From: Eledone cirrhosa
Taxonomy: Eukaryota
NCBI GenBank assembly: GCA_964016885.1
Contig: OZ024743.1
Span: 37,386,001-37,450,000, forward strand
Reading direction: 5' to 3'
Length of the DNA: 64,000 nucleotides
Part shown: in pieces, positions 1 to 15,141 of the stretch
How the letters are laid out: every line of letters begins with the position of its first letter
Numbering within the stretch: position 1 is the stretch's first letter
Notes under the pieces: generated by a model
Told to the model about the DNA's origin: nothing
Seen by the model: only the letters and a program-made list of their open reading frames with translations
Databases searched by the model: none
Program-made: the position numbers and the translations under genes

Positions 1-949
1 GGTTTCGACCCTGCGTTTTGAGTTCATGTTCCGCCGAGTTTAGCTCCACACAAGTTTGTGGTTGACCGTCTTTTGTTGATTCCACTGTTACACGAATTCA
101 GACTAAATTCTTTAGTTTAAAGATAACATCCTCCCTTCCTCAATCCCGCAGCTCTGTCCTCTCACCCACTTTAATCTAATTGAAATCCCTCACTGTTGTC
201 AATTTTACATTTCATCTTTTCGCAATGTCGATAAAGTTGTATAATATTCCAGGGAAGTCAATTCGTAGGATTGTAAGAGTATAGAAAGAGAAGGACGGGA
301 TATCAGTTCTGTTTCAGCGCTTTTAAGGTCTCCAGCATCTAGGCCCTGCAGTTCATTCTGTTGCAACGATTCAGACCAGATCTTTAGGTTGAGGATGATA
401 CTGTCATATCTCCCACCCTTACAATCTCCAACTATCAGACTCCGAGGTGCTGTAAACTATCAAGGGCACAACACTTGACTCCTTCCCTAAACAGTTAAAA
501 AAAAACGACTTAGAAAAACTAAAACACTAGGTTACAAAAACAAAATAATTCATCTCCATTAACACAACAAAACAACTTCCCCCAAACACTATGTGAACAA
601 TAAGTAAAGTCTTTGATTAAGATAAATATAGATCAACCATCAATTGCAGTCACACAGCTCAAAAGAACGTGGCTCTGAAATCTGTTGCACGATAAAAGCA
701 AATGGTCTTGCCTTTGTTCAATTAAGGAAGAACATTAAGTTATTAATGGTAAGCTAAACGGCTTTCTTTCATTTCCAGCGCTGCTGTTGACGATTTAGAA
801 CATTATGCTTGATAGTGGGTCCTCCTAATTGAACGATAAACGGAAAACAGAATGTAACGTAAATAGCGTGAGATTAAATAAAAAAAAAGTGTTTTTTTTA
901 TATACTCGTATATATGAGTGTAGCGTAGTAACGTATCTATCTATGTATG

Positions 950-1264
<315 letters not shown>

Positions 1265-1270
<6 letters not shown>

Positions 1271-1392
1271 GAATAAACGAGGAAGGTTCGTTCACGTAAA
1301 CGAAAGTTCCTCGTTTTTTCTATTATATATACTCTGCCTGTGTATAGAGTGCTTGATTTGGTACCAACACCAGTATTTCACTGCACTACTTA
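1265..1392 (+). mobile_element. Short fold-back element with tail, putative PLE pseudo-LTR remnant
   Basis: Arms ataatagaataaacgaggaa (1265-1284) and ttcctcgttttttctattat (1307-1326), then a tail containing AGAGTGC. Directly follows (TA)n. Confidence 0.5.
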
Positions 1393-1715
1393 CACTATAC
1401 ACACACATACACATATATATATACACACACATATATATATAAGCATATACATTTCTATGGCGTACCAATATTTATGAAGACTCACACACACATAGATATA
1501 TATGTATAAATGTGTGTGTAGATATGTGCATCCGTGTATGTGTCTGTATGTTTGTGTGTGCATATACATTATTACATACATATGATGATCCTGCGAGTGC
1601 GCATGTGAAAATCCAGAGTAACAAGGCTCATGACTTAGCCATTTAACTCTACTTCTGTATTGCGTACTTCCTCTCACGCCCGTCGATAATAGACGTATAT
1701 ATAGATACACACACA

Positions 1716-1788
<73 letters not shown>

Positions 1789-1794
1789 TAGAGA

Positions 1795-1945
1795 GAGTCG
1801 GGCTCCGTCGGTTGAACTCTAGTCGTTTCAACAACTAGTTCAAGACTGGAACTAGATGCTGAAACCGCAAGAGGTCAGATGTCGCGGCCCTCCACTTTCT
1901 TATATAATCCCACTCTACTATCCCAAGTTTTGAGTACTTTGTTGA
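1795..1945 (+). mobile_element. Diverged member of the 25.85 kb fold-back family
   Basis: Degenerate palindrome gtttcaacaactagttc / gaactagatgctgaaac; tail cccactctactatcccaagttttgagtactttg resembles 25969-26001. Confidence 0.5.
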
Positions 1946-2248
1946 ATAATGGTTTAACTAGTTTACTACTACAACAGCGCCATACCCGGTATGACGCCGT
2001 TGTAGTAACTGGCTTTCATAATTATTCAAACTCGCTCAACGGACTTGAGTTGTTAAATACACACACCCTCATATTTTTACACACCCTCACATATATATGT
2101 ATATATATTTTATATATATCTCTGTTTTATACATACAAACATATATATTTGCGTGTATATTAATTTTGTAGACATGGTGTATCCTTGTATGTATGCATGT
2201 ATGTATGTACGCATATATGCATATACATATGTATCTACGTATGTATGT

Positions 2249-2374
<126 letters not shown>

Positions 2375-2409
2375 GTGTGTACTATGTATGTATATATGTA
2401 TGTACGTAT

Positions 2410-2935
2410 GTCGGGTCACTCTTGAGTGCTACTGGTGACATGTAACCCAGTACAACCTGTCGCATGGTCGGGTCGTCGGCGACTAAACCGGCAATCCCAC
2501 CAAGTTTACTTAGTGAGGAGGTGATTTTCGACACCTTGCAGGACAAAAAACAAAACCTGACAAAGGGCGGAAGAACTCATAAGAGTCAACAGCCATCCAA
2601 AAGTGTGTAAATATGTATGTACACATGTACCGCGCGTTAAACCACTGGGAGTGAAGGACCCCAAGCCTTTATCAGGGCATTCTTCTAGGAGAAGACAACT
2701 CAGGAAACTGGGATAACTCCGATATAAAACCTGTGGCTCAGTAGTTACCGATGATGTTGATCTTTTCTTCTTTTCGGGTTATAGCTACTGTCGCTCAGAG
2801 AGTGGGATTGGCTCAGTGCACAGGCTTTCCTCACTTTAAAAAATATCTTCACGCACAGGCATTGCACGATAGAATTAATTAATAATTATTAATAATGATA
2901 TATCGTACTATAGCCATACTCGATAACGAGGGTGC
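2410..2935 (+). mobile_element. Unclassified interspersed repeat; its 3' part recurs at 6333-6463
   Basis: About 130 bp (tgggattggc...cttcacgcacaggcattgcacgat...gccatactcgataacgaggg) is present twice in the window and contains an AT-rich hairpin. Confidence 0.5.
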
Positions 2936-2945
2936 AGCCATCATG

Positions 2946-2982
<37 letters not shown>

Positions 2983-3570
2983 ACACACACACACATATAC
3001 ATATATATGTATGTATGTGTGTATGTGTGTATTTATGTATGTATATATGTATGTACGCATGTATGTATATGAGTATTTATGTATGCTTCTTTATTCTTTA
3101 GTGGTTTCACTCATACACTGGGTGTAATGTATTTTGTATTCCGTTTTATGAGGGTATTGATAATGTATTCACCCATCTTTACTTACAATGCATGCGATTC
3201 ATACAATACACTTAACTAGTGCTCACTGTATCCTTATCAGTAACAAGGCCTAAGCATGTACGGTCACCACTAAGTCACTAATGGACAAAGTGATTTAAGA
3301 ACGAGATTGTGAACATAAATTTTGTAAATTTTACGACTGAAATTGCTTTATTGGTCATAGCATAACCTCTCTTTTTGGCTTTCAATGCACTTACACAAAA
3401 AGAAAGGAAAAATAAAGAAAAAAAACTAAAAATAAAATGGGAAATTACAACGTATCTGACTACAGAACCCTAACAAGGTTGAATAGAAATATAATACTTG
3501 ACATCATACCTATACCTTAGAGAATTACTACAACAAATAGGCGATTAATGATGTATGAAATACTCATAAC

Positions 3571-3609
<39 letters not shown>

Positions 3610-3719
3610 GCACACAGACGCACCCCCCCACACACTTATATCTATATATATACATATACATACACATATACACATATAAACACACATATATACAAACATA
3701 TATATATATATGTATCCTG

Positions 3720-3850
3720 GGTTCAATCGGGTGTAACCATAGTAAGTAAGGTACTCAATACATAGCAGAGTATAAATATTTAATATAGAAATGGCTTCTA
3801 CAGGACTAGAACTGTTTCATTCGAAGGAAATCATCAGGAAAGCCGACTGT
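3720..3850 (-). ncRNA. Hammerhead-ribozyme-like core in a putative PLE pseudo-LTR
   Basis: Minus strand reads CTGATGA-t-TTC-cttc-GAA-t-GAAA-CAGTTC, followed downstream by an ATTGAGTAC tail and (TA)n. Confidence 0.5.
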
Positions 3851-4120
3851 CAATGTGTTATGGTGGTATTAATACATTTTCTGGTGGTAGGGGAATGGGG
3901 TGATTGGGATGGGTGGAGGTCATTGGCTGATGGATTTAAAGAATGGGGATTCTTTGAAAAAACTTAGTGATACAGAATGATACTAATGCAGGCACCCCTA
4001 ATTTTCAAGGTTCATTTATTCTAAGCACACAAAGGGTTTTCATTAAGTGACTCTAATAACATGTGGTGTTACAGTCAGCAATATGGTCAGATGTTTACAA
4101 TCACTCTCACACAGCACACG

Positions 4121-4166
<46 letters not shown>

Positions 4167-4927
4167 TATGTATATATAAAAATATATATCAATATATGTA
4201 TATATATATATATATCATAATCTATAAAGCTCAGTGTGTGGTCATGCTCCTTTGTTATAGAAATCTACGATATAGAATTTCTTCAATTGAAATTTACAAT
4301 TTAGTATTCGAAATAGCTTCGATTGCGTCTTGGCACATCGAATTTTTTCAATTTCACCCACAATTACGCAAAAAAATAGATAAAACTCAATATTTTACGA
4401 TTTTTCTCTCTCATTTAAACTGCTAAACTCTTTCTACTACCATTCAAAATCTATACAACTTCATACTTTCTGCTACTTTCTCTTTCCAAGCTTGATGGTG
4501 ATACTGTCCGTTTTACTCTCTCATATCATCTGCTTTACTCTATCTACAACCCACACATTTTGCTACTTTCTCTTTTATACTTCAAACTTACTGATTTATT
4601 TACAAACGCATACAAACACACACTCACTTCAAATGATAAAAAAACATTTAAAGCAATTAAACAACGTGCGTGATTTATAACCACACTAACTTTTAGTTGC
4701 TCAATTATTACATTTCATACGAAACGACAATTATTCAAAAGCAACAGATACATTTATTCAACAACAAGCGATAAATCTTTTTTAAAACCTCTCAACGAAC
4801 GTGCATTCTTACAGACTTTGAGTCGAATCGGTTTGAAATTGTGCAAATATATAAACATGGAACATGTGCACACACACAACAACAACAACAATCTGCCTTT
4901 TATAGATAATGATAAACAATAATATCC

Positions 4928-5110
4928 TCTATGAGGTCACTAAACCTGCTAGAAACAGCAGCTAACTCTCCCCCACATCACACCACTCCCTACTGTCTTA
5001 AATTTAGAAAACACATAATCTCTATGAGGTCACTAAACCTGCTAGAAATAACAGCTAACTCTCCCTCATATCACAATCCTTCCTACTGTCTTAAATTTAG
5101 AAAACACACA
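4928..5110. repeat. Tandem duplication, 2 x ~93 bp
   Basis: tctatgaggtcactaaacctgctagaaa...cctactgtcttaaatttagaaaacaca occurs twice. Confidence 0.85.
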
Positions 5111-6187
5111 GACAACCATGCAGAACAACTCCATCGCAGCTTTGTTGTTCGGCTGGCATCGTCTACGCGCGTGTTGCGCAAGTACTGTGAAACAATAAAT
5201 TTCAACACTTTTTTGCACAGAGATAATATCCATAGGCGAAACTACAATTGTCACTGCTGGCGCAGCTCATGCTTCCAGGTCTGCAATTCATTCACCCAGT
5301 GCCTGGCAGACAAAAAAGTGCTGCCATAAAATGGGTGGTGCAACCTAACTTTGGTAGGGGCTTTAATGCTCGTATATATATATATATATATCTAAGGCAT
5401 GAAAAATTCCCGAGATCCATGGACGAGTTCTCTCCAGCGGTCTCTGTCCCTCATTATAGATGCCATGTCCTTGGTCTTCCTCTTCTAGTGTGTCCATGTA
5501 AATATATATATATATTTGGACATATATAGATCTTTCGATTACAGAGTCAGGTTCGATCTATAATAGGTCTTGCCTCGAGCTGATCGATAGTGAAACATAT
5601 GTAATATGTTATTAAATGTGTTATGATGCAACACTGAATCCTTGTTCCTTATCCTTATAGTATATATATATATATATTTATATGTGTGTGTATATATATA
5701 TATACTCTGGTGCGTTATGGTCCTCCTGGTTCCTTACCACACTTCCTTCATTTTATATAAACACACACACACATATATATATATACATATACATACGCAA
5801 CATATATATATATACACACACACATATACAGGTATGTATATAAATACGCACATATGCTTTCAGGTATATACGTGCGTACTTGGTTGCAGCGTTACATTCC
5901 GCGTACAATTTGATTTAGAGCATTTTCCAATGCTTCATAATATTTCTAGTAAAGGTGCACTCATTATCTACGGAGACAGTTCTTATTCTCCAGATCTTCC
6001 ATTCTATTCACTCGAATACTCTCTTCCTGTTTTTCCACCTATAATTCTTCATTTTCTCCCGCTCTACCGAAGAGGCAACTTATATTTTGTTAGTTCGGTC
6101 TTAAGGTCATATTTCATCTGCGTAAACGCCATGATATTCCATGTCCCGTTACTCTGTCAGTTAAACGACTGGCTTCTTTAATTTATT

Positions 6188-6310
6188 TAACCCCTTAGTA
6201 TTTAAACCGGCCATATCCGGCCAGAATTCTCTCTCCTTTTTCTGTTCAAACCAGCTGTAACTGGCCACTCATACTGATGTTAAGGTATTGTTCTCAAAAT
6301 ACATAATATC
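6188..6310 (+). mobile_element. Possible piggyBac-like MITE end
   Basis: Begins TTAA|CCCCTTAG, like piggyBac termini; no partner TIR seen. Confidence 0.3.
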
Positions 6311-6468
6311 AAAATCTCATAGATTCGGTATTATGGGATTGGCTTAGTGCACAGTCTTTCTTCACTTAAAAAACAAATCTTCACGCACAGGCATTGCACG
6401 ATGGCATTAATTGATAATTATTAATAATGTTATATCGTGCAATCGCCATACTCGATAACGAGGGGCCT

Positions 6469-6647
6469 TGGCAGTATCGGTAGAGGGTCGGACGCTATGC
6501 TTTCCAGCATAGTTACGTCCCTTTACGATCTGAGATCAAATACCGCCGAGGTTGACTTTGCCTTTCATCCTTACGGGGTCGATGAAATAAAGTACCAGAA
6601 ACGCACTGGGTAATTGCTGGCCTTGTGCCTAAAGTAGAAACAATTAT
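6469..6647 (+). mobile_element. tRNA-derived SINE (family A)
   Basis: A-box TGGCAGTATCGGT; B-box-like GATCAAATACC (GTTCAAATCC in other copies); central gcctttcatccttacggggtcgat..aaataaagtaccag (resembles the Meta-SINE-type domain, from recall); 3' end ccttgtgcctaaagtagaaacaatt. Confidence 0.85.
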
Positions 6648-7576
6648 GTATGTATGTATGTATGTATGTATGTATGTATGTATGTATGTATGTATGTATG
6701 TAGTGTATGTATTATGTAGTGTCGTACCAGTGTATATAAATGGGCGGATATTTACTGCAATTCAGTACATTAGTTTGTTCATTACCCTTTGCTTCATTTC
6801 CGATAGTCACGCTGTTAGACTTACCATTGTCTTCTTTCTCACTCTCTCAATATATAATACTCTCCCTTTCTCTCACACTTTCTCTATTCTTGTTAACTTA
6901 TCTCTCTCGTCCCCCCTCTCTCTCTCTAATACCTTCTTTCTGTCGTTGACTTTATCCCTGTTTCATTCTTACGAGTCTCACTTACTATACCCTCTCTTCT
7001 TCTCAGTCCAATTCTCTTCCCTTCTCACCTTCTTTATCTATCGTTTATTCTTTGTGTCGCCTGCCGCCCACGTATCTCTCTATCTCCCACCTCTCTGTTT
7101 CTTTCACCCTCTTACTTTCTCTATTCATACTACCTCCTACTTTTCCCTTTCACTCTCTCTTCCTCTCACCTTTCTTTGTCTTTACCTCTTTCTCCATGGT
7201 CTGCTACTATCTAACATTTTTACTTTCTCACCTTTTCTCCTCCCACTCTACTTACGTTAACCCTTCCATTCCTCCCTCTTCCTCAGCCTCTTTATCCCTG
7301 CTATCTATGTCTCTTCCTCTGCCTTTCTTCATTTATTCCCCCTAAAACTCTCAATTTATTCTACTGTCTCTCACTTTATCTCTCTCACAATTTTCTTTAT
7401 GAACACCCCCTTTCTCTCTCTCTCTATCTCTCTCTCTCACAGCTCTCTCTATCCCTCTCTCTCTATCCCCCCTCTCTCTCTGTCTCTCTCTCTCTCACTC
7501 ATCCAGCTCTCTTCTGGCCGCCACCTTTTCCCATATCCCTCTTACTCGTTTACTTTTTAACTTATTCATGTTTACT

Positions 7577-8180
7577 TGGCAGTATCGGTAGAACGTCAGA
7601 CACCAAGCTTTTCAGCATAGAGTTATGTCCCTTAACGTTCTGAGTTCAAATCCTGCCGAGGTTAACTTTGCTGTTCATCCTTACGGGGTCGATAAAATAA
7701 AGTACCAGTAATGTACTGGGGTATTTGCAGTCCTTCTGCCAAAAGTAGAATCAATTATTAACTTTGGCAGGTCAGTGGATTCACAGTTTCGGTTGAGTTT
7801 CAGACAACTTGATTTGTGGCATATAGTTGAGGCTCTTTACACTCTGAGTTCAAATCCCAACGAGGTTAGCTTTGCATTTTTCCTTAAGGGGTCGATGAAA
7901 TTATGCACCAATAACACAGTGGGGTCTGTGTAATCACTTTTCCCTTCCCTTCTAATTGCTGTCCTTGTGAAATTAGAAACAATTATTAATTTTGATTTCT
8001 CATTGCGTTGGATTTGCAGAGTTATTCGAGTATTAGACAAATCCTTAGTTCTGAGTTCAAATACCACCGAGTTCAACTATGAATTTTATTTTTCCGAGGT
8101 CGAGTCGATGTAATAAAGTATCAGTGAAATAGTGATCGATATAATCAACTTTTCTCCTTAATTGTTGGTGTTCTAACACT
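7577..8180 (+). mobile_element. Three tandem SINE A copies of increasing divergence
   Basis: Copies at about 7577-7760, 7764-7990 and 8005-8180 share the B-box (gagttcaaat) and central domain. Confidence 0.8.
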
Positions 8181-8200
8181 TATTCAAAACATACCACCCC

Positions 8201-8287
<87 letters not shown>

Positions 8288-8570
8288 TCTCTCCCATTCC
8301 TCCTCGCTTACATTTACTCTTCCTTTCTTACCTATCGATTCATGTGTGCTTATTGTCATTTTTTTCTCTCTCCTAATTTGTTCCACTATGTCTCTCACCC
8401 ACATTTCCTTCCTCTTTCTCTCCACCCATTTTAGTTTACTTCATTTCTGTTTTCCTTACACTCCAACAATATACATACATACATACATGCATACATACAT
8501 ACATACATACACACACTGGATAGTTGCTGGATAGGTGTATTTATGAATAAGAGGAAATATATATATCACT

Positions 8571-8993
<423 letters not shown>

Positions 8994-9435
8994 TTCTATC
9001 TCTATGTCACTTATCTCTTTTCTCTCTCTGTATCTATATATCTATCTGTCTCCTCTATCACATATCTTCACCTATTACTATTCCCCTCTAATCAACTCAC
9101 TTCCTCACATATATAATCATTGAGTTAGTTATTCCAGTCATTCCTGTTCGTTTATTCCCCCCTCCTATTATAAACGACAATCCACCTTATCTCATTTATG
9201 TTATGCTACTGCGGCGGAACCGAATATTTTCCTCCCAATTCTCTCCACCATTTAGAGATTATTATCAACTCCTATAGATATTTTCTGCTTGGTTAACAAA
9301 CCACCAACACTGTTGACAGCAACAACAAATTGGAGCACTTCTTAGCTACCTACTATCATCATTTTACATCCGTTTTCCTCCATCATGGCATGGGTTGTTA
9401 GTCAAACATATATATATATATATATATACACAAAC

Positions 9436-9466
<31 letters not shown>

Positions 9467-9562
9467 ATATATCGGTATATGTATATATGAGTATATGTAT
9501 ATACATACACGCACATTTTATATATTTATATATATATATGTGTGTGTGTACACATATGTATG

Positions 9563-9627
<65 letters not shown>

Positions 9628-10210
9628 GTATGTATATATAAATTAGGATACGTATTACAGCGTCGTTATCGCATAAGAAGCATGACATAAATGACTCTAT
9701 CATGTCCGTTTTTTTTTACTTTCTCTTCCTCTCTGTTTTCCTTCTTCTCCACTCCCTCCCTACTACCTCTCTCCCTCCCTACCCCTCTCTCTCACTCACT
9801 CTCTCACTGTCTCCCCCCCCCTACCCCTCTCTCTCTTGGTTTTATGATCTATTTGTAAAAAGTAAACAGATGAAGAGAAAAGTAAAGAGTAATACACAAA
9901 GATAACCAATACAACGACAATACGCACACACAGATACACACATACACGCACGCCTTACACACATATAAACACGCACGCACCTCATATGCCCGCACCTCAT
10001 ATGCACACACACACACACACACATATATCTATATATATGTAGTATAGTGTGTTAAAATATCTGTCATAAATGAATAGCTACATTACCTAAGATGATGTTC
10101 ACTTAGATAACTCGGCGACGTGGTATTATGTACGTCTATAGAGATATGGGTTTTGTTCTCTCTCACTATGCATTCAATAGTTCACACACAAACGCACAGA
10201 CACACTTCAA

Positions 10211-10257
<47 letters not shown>

Positions 10258-10349
10258 GCGTACACAACCGCGAATATATATTATATTATATTATATACTA
10301 TTATGTTTTATAATATATATATATGCATGTATCAGAAAATGTATCGTTG

Positions 10350-10389
<40 letters not shown>

Positions 10390-10492
10390 GTGTTGAATGT
10401 TGTATGAATGGTGTTAAGGTTGTGACCAAGCCAACACATATCCTTAGTCTCAGCAAAACCCAAGGGATGCAAACGAGCGAATGCTTATGAGA

Positions 10493-10678
10493 GAATGCAT
10501 TTAGACAGTGTTGGAAAGCTTCGATTCCGTAGTCGTGAGGTATGTTAGTATATAGGTTCACAACATCAAATGAAACCATGTAAATATTTTGGTTTACTAT
10601 ATTTGGTAGATGGTTGAGAAAGTCTATGTCATCTCGTATGAAACTACGGATGTGTTTGATGAAAGGTTTTAATAAGTT
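10493..10678 (-). pseudogene. Penelope-like element reverse transcriptase fragment
   Basis: LLKPFIKHIRSFIRDDIDFLNHL...MVSFDVVNLYTNIPHDYGIEA matches the PLE RT signature (SFDVxxLYTNIP). Confidence 0.85.
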
Positions 10679-10685
10679 GGCATCA

Positions 10686-10855
10686 AAGAGAAAATACCCT
10701 CTAAATCTAATCAACCATAGCATTCAAAAAGCAAAAAGCAATAAAAAAGCAAAAAAAAAATTAATATTCAAGTTTTCCGAGAAACAAAATCAGAAAAAGA
10801 AAAAAAAGTAATACCATACATCTCAACCTTCAACCCCCAAAACAAAGAAATTACT
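10686..10855 (+). pseudogene. Penelope-like element RT thumb/linker fragment
   Basis: KRKYPLNLINHSIQKAKS, then after a frameshift VIPYISTFNPQNKEI; resembles the PLE RxYP...IPxxxTxNP region. Confidence 0.65.
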
Positions 10856-10895
10856 TTAGCAAGGACAGAAGCGACCCGAACCAATGTGGTCGAGT

Positions 10896-10965
10896 ATCAG
10901 CATGCAGGAGTTAATGAAAAACTCCTGCATGCTGATGATCCAAAACGGAGAAAACCGACTATGCT
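10896..10965 (+). ncRNA. Hammerhead-like core preceded by a 17-bp fold-back
   Basis: gcatg-CTGATGA-TCC-aaaac-GGA-GAAA-accgac-tatgc; stem I gcatg/tatgc; stem III and cleavage triplet are degenerate. Confidence 0.55.
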
Positions 10966-11199
10966 AACATTACTTTTTAACATCAATTTTTGTACATTTT
11001 ATAAAGATCCTTTATCGTATATAAACCAGGTGCGCTTTTCAAGCACTTTTTTATAATTTACGTTGTCGAACGTCCACAATTTTCTTCACTATATATACTC
11101 TATTGCCTGTTCCAGCCATCCGGCTGAGGCCATGCTGGGACACAACCCTTGGAAGGTATACATATATATATCAGTGTTGAGAGCTGAGCGTCTGGTGAT

Positions 11200-11850
11200 T
11201 ATCAGGTCAAGTTGGTGCCAGCTATGAAATCTGGTTTACTCTCAAAGAATGTGTTTGTAACGCAGAGGTCGTGGTATGTGCACAGTTACAGGAGCCTCTG
11301 ATCAGTCTCCTTGATTTTTCCGGTGCCATGGTGTCCAAAGCAAGCAGGACATGACAGGTGATCTGAATTTACTCTAGGAGTCGCCATCAAGGAATAGAGA
11401 CTAATCTTCTGGGCGTCCCTGGAAAAGTTCATCAAGTTTCCCGTAGAACTGGTCCTTTGTGCCTTCAGGTGAGGTAAGCGTAGAAGCGTAGACAGTAAAT
11501 ATATTACCAGGGCCTGCAGCAGTACTAAGACGGATGAAAAGTAAATATTCTGTGCCCCCCGAGGGAGACTCTACAGGAACCTAGAAGGTTGTTTTGATGG
11601 CAAAGCAAAATCCGCGCTGGCGAGACTCCCCAGGCTCTTTACCTTTTCAGAAGAAGGTGTATTTTTTCTCTCTGAGAGAGCAGGTCGAGGCGAGTTTAGT
11701 TTCTTGTAAGGCAGCTATGCTGATGTGCTTGGAGAGCGCTCTGTCAATGATGGATGTATTCCTTGTGTTGTCCAAATCTAATGCACACAAGTCGAAGAGC
11801 TGGCGTCTTCTTTGATTTGTTTTGTATAAGTTTACTTTTATCTGGTACAA
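11200..11850 (-). pseudogene. RTE-clade LINE APE endonuclease remnant
   Basis: RNTSIIDRALSKHISIAALQETKLASTCSLREKKYTFF carries the APE LQET motif in an RTE-type context; stops follow. Confidence 0.7.
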
Positions 11851-13059
11851 GGTTCCCATCTACTTGTTGTGCATATCACTACATTGAGCTCCATATATTT
11901 TAGGAAGTGGCCAGAGGCATAGGGATAGGAAGGTTGTGTGCGACGCACAAAGAACAGAAGTCGCATGGTGTGAAAATGTGGTGACACAGGAGGAGGTAAT
12001 GGGATGGCGAGTTGTGGTGGAGGTGGTAGGTGTGTGTATGTAATGGTAGTAAAGGAATGTAGTGTGAATGTATGAGTTGACCTTGGTGTACGGGTAGATG
12101 TGTTAGTTGATTAGTTGGTTAATTAGTAGCGTTAAAAACAATCAAATTATGGTCGTGTTGGTGTATCTAATTAATTATTTGTGTTGGTGTGTCTGTTTTA
12201 TAGTAGCCATGTGCGTTAGTTTGTCTAGGTGCACGTGTGAGTGAGTGTTTTGGTGAAGTGGTAGTGCACGTGTGTTGGTGTGAGAGTGGGTGATAGGTGG
12301 GTGATGGAAAAACTAAAGGAAGAGAGGTGAAGTGTTAAGGTATTCCCATACCAGGTCTAAAGCGAAATAATCTACTACTCTCTTCGTAGTTGTGAATTCA
12401 GAGGTCCGGAGCAGACACGAGGCCCAAAACACACACACGCACACACACACACAGAAACATACACGGACACACACACTTCCACACACGTATATATACCTGT
12501 GTATTGATATCACTAACGCTACGTAAACTATTTGACAACAAATACAACTGCTTTACTCTTAAATTCCTCTGTTTCTATTAGAGTATTCGTTTTCCTTCTC
12601 CTTGCTTCTTTGCATCAGTGCCTCACCTTACACAGAAGGTGACTCTGCCTCCATCTTCTTTTAATCTCCGCCTTGCTACTAGCTGTTCTTTCCTTCTCAC
12701 AGCCTGCATTGTTCTCTATGATGTACCAGGGCTATTGTCCGAATAACATTTAACCTCTTGACCATCTCTCATATTTTATATGTATGTAAACACACACGCT
12801 CACACACACGAACACACACACACACACATACATACACATGCACACACACATATACGCACACATTCGCACACAGATAAACAATCGTCACCTATATGCACAG
12901 ATGATGTATATTTTATATTTGGTAATACAAATGGCAGAAATAAGACGCTATACATGGATTAATGAATATATAGTTTATTATTTATGAGAACTGAATTTAC
13001 ACCAGTGACTCATGGGCGTAGTTTGCAGCTTGTGAAACTAGTTTAAGTGCATTAGTATG

Positions 13060-13392
<333 letters not shown>

Positions 13393-13393
13393 G

Positions 13394-13476
<83 letters not shown>

Positions 13477-14029
13477 TTGTTGAAGGTCTTGAAAGTATCC
13501 TTCTCAGAAAGGTAGCCATTATCAGTAATATACATACATATATGTACACACACGCCATTCCATACACCCATATATACACAGTACAACACACTCACGTACA
13601 CAACACACATCCATCCATACATACATACATACATACATACATACATACATACATACATACACACATATATATATATATATATGTATACCTCTAACCTTAA
13701 CCCAATATATATATAGGGAAGATTAAAGACATGCACCTTCATACACACACGCACACGCGCTTACACAAGAACGCATACACGTATTCATATATGTATACAC
13801 GTATTCATATATATTTGGTGCTTTAAAATATTCGTAATGTTGATTACAGTAGCTCACTTATCCTTCTGATGGGTAGGGATAATAATTTCTAACATTAATG
13901 ATGAGTGGGATAAAACAAGTCTTAGAACTTGAAGGAAAAAACAACGAAAAAAAAAAATAATAATGATAACACCAACAACAAAAATAGCTGCGACAACAGA
14001 ATCAACAAAACTAAAACACAAATAATAAC

Positions 14030-14089
<60 letters not shown>

Positions 14090-15046
14090 AGTAATAATAG
14101 TAATAATAGTAATAATAATATTAATGATAACAATAAAAATAAAAATAATGTAGTTCTATTTCTACAGATTGTCTTAACGAAGTAAATATTTAGGTATTTG
14201 TAGTTTTTGTTTTTCTCTGTTATCGCTACAGCTTGGGTTGTCTTCAAAAAGATATAATTTATTATCAAAGGATATAAAATAAAAGACACTTAACGTGTGG
14301 TGCATTTATTCTGTTAAGTTGGTCTCTGTTTATAAAGGAATCTATATAGATAGATATATGGACGTTCATTATTGAAGAGAAGCTCAGATTACTTTTGGTT
14401 ATGGCTCCTCTGATTGATCTATTTGGTTTTAGCATCACTAAAAATATGCCAAGAACGCATATTATATATTTATATATTATCTTACTCTTATATATCATAT
14501 ATTTATATATATATATTTTTTGTATATTTATGTATTATTTTACAGTGTTTTGTTTCTTGAAAATATTCCGATATATTTTCGCAAAACAAACCAAAACAAA
14601 AATAATTTCATTAATGGATGACAAAGATAATAAACCTCCTGGCTTACCATTATATTTAAGATATCCCAAGAGCGTCGGTTAGAACATCTTGCGATTTTCA
14701 TTTCATTCCGGCTCTCCACGCCCTAAGTTCACATCCCGCCAAGGTCGACAACATTGCTTATTTTTCTTTCGTGGTTGAGAAATACAGTACCGCTGCAGGA
14801 GTGGTGTATTGGGAGGATGAAATGTTAAAGCATGAGGCATTGTTAGAAGAGTCCATCTACCCAGGCCGTTTCATTGCGTTATGGGCTCAAATTCTATGTA
14901 GATACCGATGAGCATGGCTATAATCAACAATCTGCAAATTATCAGCATCCAACCGGTCCAGTCCAGTTGTGGGGGCCGAGCTTTTTTCCAGTATCAGAGA
15001 CCCTGCCACTGGTCGTCTTTACATTTCAACTTCGTGGTTTGTGTAA

Positions 15047-15141
15047 TCTTCTTCTTCTTCTTCTTCTTCTTCTTCTTCTTCTTCTTCTTCTTCTTCTTCT
15101 TCTTCTTCTTCTTCTTCTTCTTCTTCTTCTTCTTCTTCTTC
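15047..15141. repeat. (CTT)n microsatellite
   Basis: Read directly. Other copies at ~22113-22180 and ~40779-40878. Confidence 0.95.

Noticed and set aside
1-470. Non-repetitive-looking stretch that might be a decayed LINE ORF1
   Set aside because: Multiple stops and no convincing motif.
2410-2520. Possible HDV-like ribozyme (gtcgtcggcgactaa)
   Set aside because: Could not build consistent P1/P2/P3 pairings; simple hairpins explain the complementarity.
6469-6550. A-box and B-box motifs as tRNA genes
   Set aside because: They are SINE heads: no convincing cloverleaf, and always followed by the SINE body.
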